Part shown: in pieces, positions 1 to 7,620 of the stretch
Position numbering within the stretch: position 1 is the stretch's first letter
How the letters are laid out: the number at the start of each line of letters is the position of its first letter
DNA from: an uncultured Acidobacteriota bacterium
GTDB taxonomy: Bacteria; Acidobacteriota; Thermoanaerobaculia; Multivoradales; UBA5704
Assembly: GCA_963700145.1 (NCBI GenBank)
Contig: OY969474.1
Span: 4,192,001-4,256,000, forward strand
Direction: 5' to 3'
Length of the DNA: 64,000 bases
Position numbers and translations under genes: made by a program
Notes under the pieces: model-generated
What the model was told of the DNA's origin: nothing
The model's input: only the letters and a program-made list of their open reading frames with translations
Database searches by the model: none

Positions 1-230
1 CGATGGGGATCAGCCAGTACCGGCTGGCGAAGAGCATCAGCGTTCCCGCTCGGCGAATCAACGAAGTCGTTCATGGGAAGCGGAGCATTACGGCGGATAC
101 CGCACTGAGGCTCTCCCGGTTCTTCGGGACGAGCGAGAGGTTCTGGATGAATCTCCAGACGCGGTACGACCTCGAGGTGGAGAAGGACCGCCTCGAAGCG
201 GAGATCGTCGAGCACGCGCGTGCCTCGTAG
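1..230 (+). CDS. higA: HigA-family XRE/HTH antitoxin, 5' end probably outside the window
   Basis: ISQYRLAKSISVPARRINEVVHGKRSITADTALRLSRFFGTSERFWMNLQTRYDLE is the characteristic HigA signature; the usual N-terminal HPGEIL segment is missing. Confidence 0.9.
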   Translation, partial: MGISQYRLAKSISVPARRINEVVHGKRSITADTALRLSRFFGTSERFWMNLQTRYDLEVEKDRLEAEIVEHARAS

Positions 231-263
231 GATCCACTAGGAACCTCCCGAAGGAGGCGGAGC

Positions 264-914
264 ATGAAAAGTCTCTTCACGGTAGCAACCCTGTGCTTCA
301 TCGCAGCTTCCAATGCTTATGCGGGTGGGAACTGGGAGCAATTCCAGGATCCACAGAGCGCGGCCCGCGGAAACTGCCCCGAGTGCCAGCCCGGCGAGGC
401 GAGGGCCGAGACCGCGGTCGCCCTTCGCGCCGGTGTCTATGTAGACATCAACGACTTGCCGTGCGGCGACGCGCGTCTCAACACTGCGGGTCTAACCGCG
501 GAAATGAAGTCTGCTCTCGCCGCTGCGTTCTACAATCAGCGCGGCCCTGGTGCAAAGTTCGCCATCGATCTCGGTGAGGCAGGGATCAACGGCGGGGCAG
601 GGATCAACGCATTGCTTCAGGCAGGCTTATACGACTCCGGGTCCGTCGGACAGCGCCTGCAAAGCTGGCCGAATCCACTGCAGGTCGCCAATTGCACAAG
701 ACTTGCACTCGTCTTGCCCAAATCCGTGACCATCACGCGTATCGAGAAGGGTAGCGACTGCCGTAGGTGCGGCTGGACATTCGAGCCGGTTACGAGCGAG
801 GTGGATTCCAATCTTTTGGCGGTAACTGGAGTGTTCAAGAACTGGCCGGAAGATACGGATCACCGCGTCTTCCTCCGTGTGTTCTACAAGCGCAACAATC
901 CCGTTATGCCGTGA
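264..914 (+). CDS. Secreted hypothetical protein, Cys-containing, atypical lower-GC codon usage
   Basis: AAGGAGG RBS upstream; signal peptide MKSLFTVATLCFIAASNAYA; CPEC and CRRC pairs; no family recognised. Confidence 0.7.
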   Translation: MKSLFTVATLCFIAASNAYAGGNWEQFQDPQSAARGNCPECQPGEARAETAVALRAGVYVDINDLPCGDARLNTAGLTAEMKSALAAAFYNQRGPGAKFAIDLGEAGINGGAGINALLQAGLYDSGSVGQRLQSWPNPLQVANCTRLALVLPKSVTITRIEKGSDCRRCGWTFEPVTSEVDSNLLAVTGVFKNWPEDTDHRVFLRVFYKRNNPVMP

Positions 915-1210
915 GCGTTACTTCGCGTCCTCGGCTCCTTCTTCACCGGTGCCGTCAAGGTCCAGGACGATCATCGCGTCATCGAATCGAGCCCCTACGG
1001 CTGGGTGCGGCACCCTTCGTACAGCGCGCTCATCGTCCTGGGGATCGCGCTCGCGCTCGGCAACTGGCTCAGTGTCCTCGTCTCCGTCGTCATCGCGTTA
1101 TTCGCCTGCTCGTACCGGGCACATGTGGAGGAGCAGGCTCTACTCTCGTCCCTCGGGGCTCCGTACGCGCAGTTCATGGTCGCCCGCAAGCGATCCCTTT
1201 CATCTGCTAG
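915..1210 (+). pseudogene. C-terminal remnant of an isoprenylcysteine carboxyl methyltransferase (ICMT/Ste14-like) gene
   Basis: The frame after the 914 stop reads ALLRVLGSFFTGAVKVQDDHRVIESSPYGWVRHPSYS...RAHVEEQALLSSLGAPYAQFMVARKR (RHPxY and EE motifs). The terminal IPFIC* is in a shifted frame ending 1210. No start codon or N-terminal half. Confidence 0.75.
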
Positions 1211-1230
1211 GTCGAGCCGGAGCAGGTCCC

Positions 1231-1249
1231 GTACCATTCCTGGTACACT
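1231..1249 (+). promoter_or_regulatory. Extended -10 (TGGTACACT) overlapped by inverted repeat GTACCA-TTCC-TGGTAC; putative TA operator and leaderless promoter
   Basis: The motif ends 6 nt before GTG 1256 with no RBS; the palindrome overlaps the -10. Confidence 0.5.
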
Positions 1250-1255
1250 CTCGCG

Positions 1256-1621
1256 GTGGCGGAGAGCGCGCCAGGCCGCAAAGATCCGGTCTTGGGCGTG
1301 GTCTTCTACCGCACCGGCGTCGGCAATGAACCGGTGCGCCAGTGGCTCAAGGGCCTGAAGTGGGAGGACCGAAAGGCGATCGGCGAAGACATCAAGACGG
1401 CGCAATACGGCTGGCCGCTGGGAATGCCGCTCATCAGGAAGCTGGAGCCAGGACTGTGGGAGGTTCGGTCGCACATCGCTCAAGGCATCGCACGCGTCAT
1501 CTTCACCGTCGGCGACGGCGTGATGGTGTTGCTGCACGGCTTCGTCAAGAAGTCGCAGAAGACCCCGCTGGCAGACCTGAGGACGGCTCGGCAACGTCTG
1601 GCGGACCTAAGCGAGGAGTAG
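1256..1621 (+). CDS. Type II TA toxin, RelE/ParE superfamily (HigB/Gp49-like)
   Basis: VFYRT..GNEPVRQWL, GWPLGMPLIRKL..GLWEVRS, ARVIF, VLLHGFVKKSQKTP. Confidence 0.88.
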   Translation: MAESAPGRKDPVLGVVFYRTGVGNEPVRQWLKGLKWEDRKAIGEDIKTAQYGWPLGMPLIRKLEPGLWEVRSHIAQGIARVIFTVGDGVMVLLHGFVKKSQKTPLADLRTARQRLADLSEE

Positions 1622-1625
1622 TGTC

Positions 1626-1907
1626 ATGAAGAAGAAGCACCTCGGCAGCGACTTCGACGATTTCCTGCGGGAGGAGCAGCTCCTGGAGGTCGCGGAAGCG
1701 ACGGCTGCCAAGCGGGTGATCGCCTTCCAGATCGCCCAGGAGATGAAGCGCTGCAGGCTCACGAAATCGGAGATGGCCAGCCGCATGAAGACCAGTCGAC
1801 CGGCGCTGGAGCGCTTGCTGGACCCTGCCAATCCGTCGGTGACGCTGTCCACCCTGGAACGGGCTGCTTCGGCGGTCGGGAAGAAGCTCAAGGTCAAGCT
1901 GGCATAG
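1626..1907 (+). CDS. XRE-family HTH antitoxin paired with the upstream toxin
   Basis: HLGSDFDDFL..., LTKSEMASRMKTSRPALERLLDPANPSVTLSTLERAA; GAGGAG RBS. Confidence 0.88.
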   Translation: MKKKHLGSDFDDFLREEQLLEVAEATAAKRVIAFQIAQEMKRCRLTKSEMASRMKTSRPALERLLDPANPSVTLSTLERAASAVGKKLKVKLA

Positions 1908-1964
1908 CCCGGCTCGGCGCCAAGACTGCCTTGGAGATCGGCTTCAAAGCAGAGATCATCGGGC

Positions 1965-3995
1965 ATGCACATGCCTCGTAGAGGTGCCGCGGCTTGCCGC
2001 CTCGCCGGCGGGCTGCTTCTCTTCCCCAGCCTCTTCCTCGCCTGCACCTCCACCCGCCCGCCCTCCGGCCCCGCCGACCTCCCCGAGCTGGCGGTCGCGG
2101 ACGCCGACGTTCGCGCGCTTCTCCTCCTCATGGTCGACCGCCAGTGGTTCGAGCCGCTGACCGTCGATCGCGCCGCTCGCGGGGACGCCGCATTGCGCGA
2201 GGAGCTGGCCGACGCCCTCGGGCGGGCCGGGGACTCGCGCGGGCGGGGGATGCTGGAGGGGCTGCTGATCGACGACGAGGCGCGGGTGCGGCGGGCGGCC
2301 GCCTTCGCGCTCGGGGAGCTAGACGACCAGGCGGCGGTACCGGCGCTGACCAAGGTGCTGCGCGATCCCGACCGCGAGACCGGCGTCCTGGCCGTCGAGG
2401 CGCTGGGCAAGCTCGGCAGCCGCGCGGTGGACGTGGCCGAGGCGCTGCTGCCGCTCGACGAGGGGGAGCGCTGGGCGCGCCTGCTGCCGCACCTCTTCCG
2501 CTTCAAGGACGAGGCGCGGGTGGCGCTCGCCGAGCGCGCGCTGATCCTCCCCGGCGCCGAGCTCCACGCCCAGGCCGCCTACGCGCTTGGGCGCGACACC
2601 CTGCCCCCCGCGGCGGACCCGCTGCGGCGCCTGCTCGCCGACCCGGACGGCTGGATCCGTTCCTGGGCGGCGCGCGGGCTCGGCGCGATCGGGGTGACGG
2701 CCGACCTGCCGCGCCTCCGCCCGCTGCTCGACGACGCCGACGCGAGCGCGATCGTCCAGGCGCTGCGCGCCGCGCAGAGCCTCATCGCTCGGCAGGAAGC
2801 GCCGGCGCCGGCCGAGTGGGAGCCGCGCCTCCTGGAGCTCGTCTCCGACCCGCGGCCCGGAGTGCGGGTGACCGCTCTCGAAGCCGCGGGCGCCTGGCCG
2901 CTCGCGGGGGCGCTCGGCGAAGCGGTGGCGGTGCGGGCGGCCTCGGGCGCCGGCCGCGAGCGGGAGGTGGCCCTCCTCTCCGTCGCCGCGGCGCGCCACT
3001 CGCGGGCCGGCGAGCTGGTCGAGGCCGCCGCCGCGGCTTCCGATCCGGTGCTGCGGACGCGGGCGGCGGAGGCGGCCGGACGGCTCGGCGCCGCCGCGCT
3101 CCTCGAGCGGCTGACCGCCGACTCCACCGCGATGGTGCGCGGCGCCGCGGTCGCGGCGCGCCTGGAGGCGGCGGGGGAGGATATGGCCGCGGCGGCGGCG
3201 GCGGTCGCTCGCCTCGCCCTGGCCGACCCCGACCACGGCGTCCGCGCCACCGCCTTCGGGTGGCTGGCCGAGCACCCGGTCGTGCCGCTGGAGGTCCTCG
3301 ACCCGGCGGCGCGCGCGGCGCTCACCGACCGCGAGGTCGAGTCGGGCGTCTCGGCGGTCCAGGCACTCGCCGCCCGCGGCAAAGCCGAGCCGCTGGAGCG
3401 CGGCGCGGTCGTCGCCCTCCTCGAGCAGATCGCCGCCGTCAACGACCTGCCGCTCCGCCGCGCCGCGGCCGCCGGCCTGGTCGAGCTCGACCGCCCCGAG
3501 CCGCCGCGCCGGCCGTTCGAGACCGGCAAGACGCTCGAGACCTACCAGGAGATCGTGCAGCGCACCCGCCGCCCGCGCGAGGTCGAGCTCGTCACCGCCC
3601 GCGGCCCGGTGCGCCTCCGCCTCGCCTGCCCGCAGGCGCCGCTCACCTGCCTCAACTTCCTCACCTTGGCCGGCCAGGGCTACTTCGACGGCCTCCGCTT
3701 CCACCGCATCGTCCCCGACTTCGTGGTCCAGGACGGCGACCCGCGCGGCGACGGCAGCGGCGGCCCCGGCTACTCGATCCGCGACGAGATCAACCGCCTG
3801 CGCTACCGCCGCGGCGTCCTCGGCATGGCCCTCTCCGGCCCCGACACCGGCGGCAGCCAGTGGTTCGTCACCCTGACCCCCCAGCCCCACCTCGACGGCG
3901 GCTACACCGTCTTCGGCGAGGTCGTCGCCGGCATGGAGGTCCTCGACCAGCTCCTCCAGGGGGACGCGATCGAGCGGGTGCGGGAGGTGCCGTGA
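1965..3995 (+). CDS. Lipoprotein: HEAT repeats plus C-terminal cyclophilin-type peptidyl-prolyl isomerase
   Basis: Lipobox FLAC; repeated VRxAAAxALG HEAT units; YFDGLRFHRIVPDFVVQDGDPRGDGSGGPGY, GMALSGPDTGGSQWF, PHLDGGYTVFG. Confidence 0.88.
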   Translation: MHMPRRGAAACRLAGGLLLFPSLFLACTSTRPPSGPADLPELAVADADVRALLLLMVDRQWFEPLTVDRAARGDAALREELADALGRAGDSRGRGMLEGLLIDDEARVRRAAAFALGELDDQAAVPALTKVLRDPDRETGVLAVEALGKLGSRAVDVAEALLPLDEGERWARLLPHLFRFKDEARVALAERALILPGAELHAQAAYALGRDTLPPAADPLRRLLADPDGWIRSWAARGLGAIGVTADLPRLRPLLDDADASAIVQALRAAQSLIARQEAPAPAEWEPRLLELVSDPRPGVRVTALEAAGAWPLAGALGEAVAVRAASGAGREREVALLSVAAARHSRAGELVEAAAAASDPVLRTRAAEAAGRLGAAALLERLTADSTAMVRGAAVAARLEAAGEDMAAAAAAVARLALADPDHGVRATAFGWLAEHPVVPLEVLDPAARAALTDREVESGVSAVQALAARGKAEPLERGAVVALLEQIAAVNDLPLRRAAAAGLVELDRPEPPRRPFETGKTLETYQEIVQRTRRPREVELVTARGPVRLRLACPQAPLTCLNFLTLAGQGYFDGLRFHRIVPDFVVQDGDPRGDGSGGPGYSIRDEINRLRYRRGVLGMALSGPDTGGSQWFVTLTPQPHLDGGYTVFGEVVAGMEVLDQLLQGDAIERVREVP

Positions 3996-4018
3996 GGTCG
4001 CTGCTAGACTCCCGCGCG

Positions 4019-4633
4019 ATGAGCGCAAGGTCCCGGCGGTACGGAGTGGTGATCGCGGTCTTTGTCACCGTGGCGGCGTACGCCTGGGCGAAGCCGCCGG
4101 ACGAGCCGCCGCCGCCCGCGACGCCCGAGGCGACGGCGACGGCCGAGAGCGCGGCCCCCGAGACCCCCGTCGCGCCCGTCCTGACCGGCGAGGTCACCCG
4201 CGAGCAGATCGAGGAGTCGGTGCCGGACTGGGTCGCGGAGGAGGTGACCGCGCAGCCCGATCCGGCGGCGGCGCGGGCGCTGGCCGCCGTGCCCCCCGGG
4301 GCCGAGGTCACGGTCTACCTCGGCACCTGGTGCGGCGACAGCAAGCGCGAGCTGCCCCGGCTCTGGCGCGCCCTGGACGAGACCGGCGGCGCCGCGCCCG
4401 TCGCCTTCCGCTACGTCGCCGTGGGGCGCGACAAGAAGGAGCCGGTCGCGCTCACCGAAGGCGCCGGCCTCCTCTACGTGCCGACCTTCGTCGTCGCGCG
4501 CGACGGCCGCGAGGTGGGGCGGATCGTCGAGGAGTCGCCGCACGGGGTCGAGCGCGACCTCCTCGCCCTCCTCGACGGCAGCGCCAAGGGCGTGGTGAGC
4601 GCCCGCGACGACCTCCAGCCGCCGCAGCCGTAG
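4019..4633 (+). CDS. Exported thioredoxin-fold protein with monothiol WCGDS motif
   Basis: Signal peptide, Pro/Ala linker, YLGTWCGDSKRELP, VPTF..REVGRIVE; TGCTAGACT extended -10 lies 8 nt upstream. It is the 3' part of listed ORF 1994..4633. Confidence 0.8.
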   Translation: MSARSRRYGVVIAVFVTVAAYAWAKPPDEPPPPATPEATATAESAAPETPVAPVLTGEVTREQIEESVPDWVAEEVTAQPDPAAARALAAVPPGAEVTVYLGTWCGDSKRELPRLWRALDETGGAAPVAFRYVAVGRDKKEPVALTEGAGLLYVPTFVVARDGREVGRIVEESPHGVERDLLALLDGSAKGVVSARDDLQPPQP

Positions 4634-4647
4634 CCGCCGCGCCGGGC

Positions 4648-4824
4648 ATGCGCGACCGCCTCGGTTGGTGGCTCCAGCTCCTCGCCCTGGTCGTCGTCGG
4701 CAGCGCCCTCCTCGTCGGGCTGGTCTACGATCAGGTCCGCCTGGAGGTGGGGCTCCTCGGGGTCGGGGGAGGCATCTTCCTCCTCGGCCGCTGGCTCCAG
4801 GCCCGGCGCGGCCAGCGCCCCTGA
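4648..4824 (+). CDS. Small two-TM membrane protein
   Basis: MRDRLGWWLQLLALVVVGSALLVGLVYDQVRLEVGLLGVGGGIFLLGRWLQ; fills the intergenic gap. Confidence 0.6.
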   Translation: MRDRLGWWLQLLALVVVGSALLVGLVYDQVRLEVGLLGVGGGIFLLGRWLQARRGQRP

Positions 4825-4834
4825 GTCACCCCTT

Positions 4835-4860
4835 CGCAACCTTGACCCCCAGCCTGCGTA
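4835..4860 (+). promoter_or_regulatory. Putative autoregulatory ECF-sigma promoter (CGCAAC-N16-CGTA)
   Basis: Matches SigW-like AAC..N16..CGTA geometry; 7 nt before ATG 4868 with no RBS. Confidence 0.5.
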
Positions 4861-4867
4861 TCCTGCG

Positions 4868-5452
4868 ATGACACGGGGCGCCGAGCAGCTGTCGGACGAC
4901 GAGCTGATCGCGGCGATCCTCGGGGGCGACCGCGAGCGCTTCGGCGACCTCGTCGAGCGCTACCAGGGCCGCCTCGTCAATTACCTGTTCCGATTGCTGC
5001 GCAACCTGGAGGAGGCGCACGAGCTGGCGCAGGAGGTCTTTCTCAAGGTGTATCAGGTCCTGGACCGCTACGACCCGCAGTACAAGTTCTCCACCTGGCT
5101 GTTCCGGGTGGCGCAGAACGCGGCCATCGACCAGATCCGCCGCCGGCGCCTGAAGCTGGTGTCGCTGGCGCAGGAGGACGCCGAGGGGGAGTCGCGGGAC
5201 TGGGACCTGCCGAGCCCCGACCGCGGACCCTACGGGCACCTGCGGAACCAGGAGCGGGGCGAGGCGCTGCAGTCGGCCATCGACGCGCTGCCCTGGGAGT
5301 ACCGGGAGCTGATCCTGCTGCGCCACTTCGGCGAGCTCCCGTACGAGGAGATCGCGCAGTTGAAGCGCATGCCTTTGGGGACGGTGAAGAACAAGCTCTT
5401 CCGCGGCCGTCAGATGTTGAAGGAGCGGTTGGCGGACTTCCTGGTGGACTGA
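4868..5452 (+). CDS. ECF RNA polymerase sigma factor (SigW/RpoE-like)
   Basis: ELAQEVFLKVY, FSTWLFRVAQNAAID, YEEIAQLKRMPLGTVKNKLFRGR. Confidence 0.93.
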   Translation: MTRGAEQLSDDELIAAILGGDRERFGDLVERYQGRLVNYLFRLLRNLEEAHELAQEVFLKVYQVLDRYDPQYKFSTWLFRVAQNAAIDQIRRRRLKLVSLAQEDAEGESRDWDLPSPDRGPYGHLRNQERGEALQSAIDALPWEYRELILLRHFGELPYEEIAQLKRMPLGTVKNKLFRGRQMLKERLADFLVD

Positions 5453-5477
5453 AGGCGGACCCTGGACGGACGGTGAC

Positions 5478-6047
5478 ATGAGCAGGCACGAAGCCTACGA
5501 AGAGTGGGTGGAGATGGAGGCCGACGGCCTCCTCACCCCCGAGCGGCGGGCGCGGCTGGACGCCCACGCCGCCGAGTGCGTGCGCTGCCGCGACGAGCGG
5601 CAGGCCCTGGCGCGGCTCGGCGCCCTGCTGCGCGAGACCGAGGTCGCGGTCGAGCCCGGCTTCCGGGCGCAGGTGCTGGAGCGCCTCCCGGCCGCCGGCT
5701 GGGAGGGACGGCACCCGCGCACCTGGCGGCTGCCGTTCGCGGTCTTTGCCCTGCTCGGCGGGCTCGCCGCCGCGCTCGTTGGCAGCAGCTCGGCGCAGCT
5801 CGGGCCGGAGGTGTCGATCGTCGCGGCGCTCGCCGCCCTGGGCGAGATGGCCCGCGCCGCGCTGCTCGCCGGCGCCGGCCTCCTGGGCGCCTCGTGGAAG
5901 GGCGTCGGGCTGGCGATGCGCGAGCTGCTCGACTCGCCGCTCGACGTCGCCGCGCTCGGCTTCCTCGTCCTCTGCCTCGACCTGCTGCTGATCTCGCTCC
6001 TGCGGCGGCGGCGCCCGGCGACGGCGTCCCCGCCGGAACGGCGATAG
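5478..6047 (+). CDS. Zinc-finger (HxxxCxxC) transmembrane anti-sigma factor
   Basis: DGLL...LDAHAAECVRC followed by hydrophobic helices; directly after the ECF sigma. Confidence 0.82.
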   Translation: MSRHEAYEEWVEMEADGLLTPERRARLDAHAAECVRCRDERQALARLGALLRETEVAVEPGFRAQVLERLPAAGWEGRHPRTWRLPFAVFALLGGLAAALVGSSSAQLGPEVSIVAALAALGEMARAALLAGAGLLGASWKGVGLAMRELLDSPLDVAALGFLVLCLDLLLISLLRRRRPATASPPERR

Positions 6048-6069
6048 ACGGTGCGATGATGCGCTCGGG

Positions 6070-6987
6070 ATGACCAGCCGGCACTCGCTCGCCTTCTTCG
6101 CCGCGTTCCTCCTGATCGCCGCCGCGCCGGCGCCCTCCTCCTCCGACCCCGCCCTCCGCCTCGAAGCCGGCAGCGTCGCCCGCCGCCAGCTCGTCGCCGT
6201 CGGCCGCGACCTCGTCGTCGAAGGGAAGGCGCTCGCCGACGTCGCCGCGCTCCAGGGGTCGGTCGAGGTCTCGGGGAGCGTGGCGGGCGACGTGGTGGTG
6301 CTCTCGGGCGACGCCCGCCTGGCGCCGACCGCGCGGATCGGCGGCGACGTCTTCGTCGTCGGCGGCACGCTGCACGCCGCGCCGGGGGCGCGGATCGAGG
6401 GGCGCGGCGTCTCCTACCCGACCGCCTCCTCGGCCTGGCTGACCCTTCTCGAAGGCCCCAGCCTCGGCCTCCCCGCCCATTCGCCGCTCGTCCTCGGCGC
6501 CAAGCTCGCCCTCCTCGCCGCCTGGGCGGCGCTCCTCATGCTCCTCTTCGCCACCGCCGGCCGGCAGCTCCTGGGCACCGCGGCGAGCGTCCGCCGCGAG
6601 CCCTTCCGCGGCTTCTTCATCGGCCTGACCGGCGTCGTGGCGCTTCTCTTGACCGCGCTCTTCTTCAGCGCCTTCGCCGGCGCCGTCCTCGCGCTGCCCC
6701 TCCTGGTGCTGGTCGTCCTCCTCGCCCTGCTGCTGAAGCTCTGGGGGATGGTGGCGGTCTTCTGCGCCCTCGGCGACTGGACGGCCCGCCGCCTCTTCCG
6801 CCGCCCGCGGCCGCGGCCGATCAACGCCGCCACGCTCGGGCTGCTCCTTCTCGGCGCCCTCAAGTTCGTGCCGCTGGTCGGGGTCTGGACGTGGACCGCC
6901 GCCAGCCTGATCGGCGTCGGCGCCACCCTGGCGACGAAGTTCGGCCGCTACGAGCCCTGGTTCGCCCTCTCCGCCGCGGAGGGGTAG
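6070..6987 (+). CDS. Membrane protein with exported bactofilin-like (polymer-forming beta-helix) domain and multiple C-terminal TM helices
   Basis: Signal peptide; repeats GRDLVVEG, GSVEVSG, GDVVVLSG, GGDVFVVGG; about 5 hydrophobic segments. Confidence 0.7.
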   Translation: MTSRHSLAFFAAFLLIAAAPAPSSSDPALRLEAGSVARRQLVAVGRDLVVEGKALADVAALQGSVEVSGSVAGDVVVLSGDARLAPTARIGGDVFVVGGTLHAAPGARIEGRGVSYPTASSAWLTLLEGPSLGLPAHSPLVLGAKLALLAAWAALLMLLFATAGRQLLGTAASVRREPFRGFFIGLTGVVALLLTALFFSAFAGAVLALPLLVLVVLLALLLKLWGMVAVFCALGDWTARRLFRRPRPRPINAATLGLLLLGALKFVPLVGVWTWTAASLIGVGATLATKFGRYEPWFALSAAEG

Positions 6988-7086
6988 CCCGCGCACGCCA
7001 CTGCTCACGCCGTGAGCAGTCGGCGCGAAGTGGGCGACAATCCTGCTTGACAGCTTGCGCCTACACTCGGCCCACTTCAGAGCCAG

Positions 7087-7563
7087 ATGCGCATGATCTG
7101 CGAGTCTTCGCCCCGCGCCGCGCTGCCCGACGTCCTGGACCTCTTCCACCACAGCCGCGCCCTGCGCGACGAAGACCCGGCGCAGTCGGTCGCGCTGGCG
7201 CGCCGCGCCGCGGACCTCGCCGAGGCGCTCGACCAGCAGCTCCTGGGATCGGATGAGGTCGCCGACCTCCAGGCGCGGGCCTGGATGGAGGTCGGGGACG
7301 CCTACCGCGCGGCCGGCGACCTCTTCGCCGCCGAGGCGACGTTCGCCCACGCCACGGTCGTCCGCCGCGAGGGGACGGGCGACCCGCTGCTGCGCGGTCT
7401 CCTGCTCGAGCACCGGGCCGCGCTCTTCAGCGAGCTCGGCCGCGCCCGCGAAGCGCAGGCCTTCCTCGAGACGGCGCGGCAGGCGTACGCCGAGGCGGGC
7501 GACCGGCGCCTGGCCGGGCGCATCCTCAAGACCGGTCTCGGCCGCCGGCCCAGCGCGGCGTAG
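7087..7563 (+). CDS. Hypothetical TPR-like helical protein
   Basis: ADLQARAWMEVGDAYRAAGDLFAAEATF and ELGRAREAQAFLETARQAY helical repeats; start uncertain. Confidence 0.6.
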   Translation: MRMICESSPRAALPDVLDLFHHSRALRDEDPAQSVALARRAADLAEALDQQLLGSDEVADLQARAWMEVGDAYRAAGDLFAAEATFAHATVVRREGTGDPLLRGLLLEHRAALFSELGRAREAQAFLETARQAYAEAGDRRLAGRILKTGLGRRPSAA

Positions 7564-7620
7564 GCGCCGCGCGGCCGCCCAGCCCGCCGCGGCGGCGGTG
7601 GTAGGGTACGCCGCGCCCCG

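Noticed and set aside
264-914. c-type cytochrome
   Set aside because: CPEC and CRRC are not followed by His
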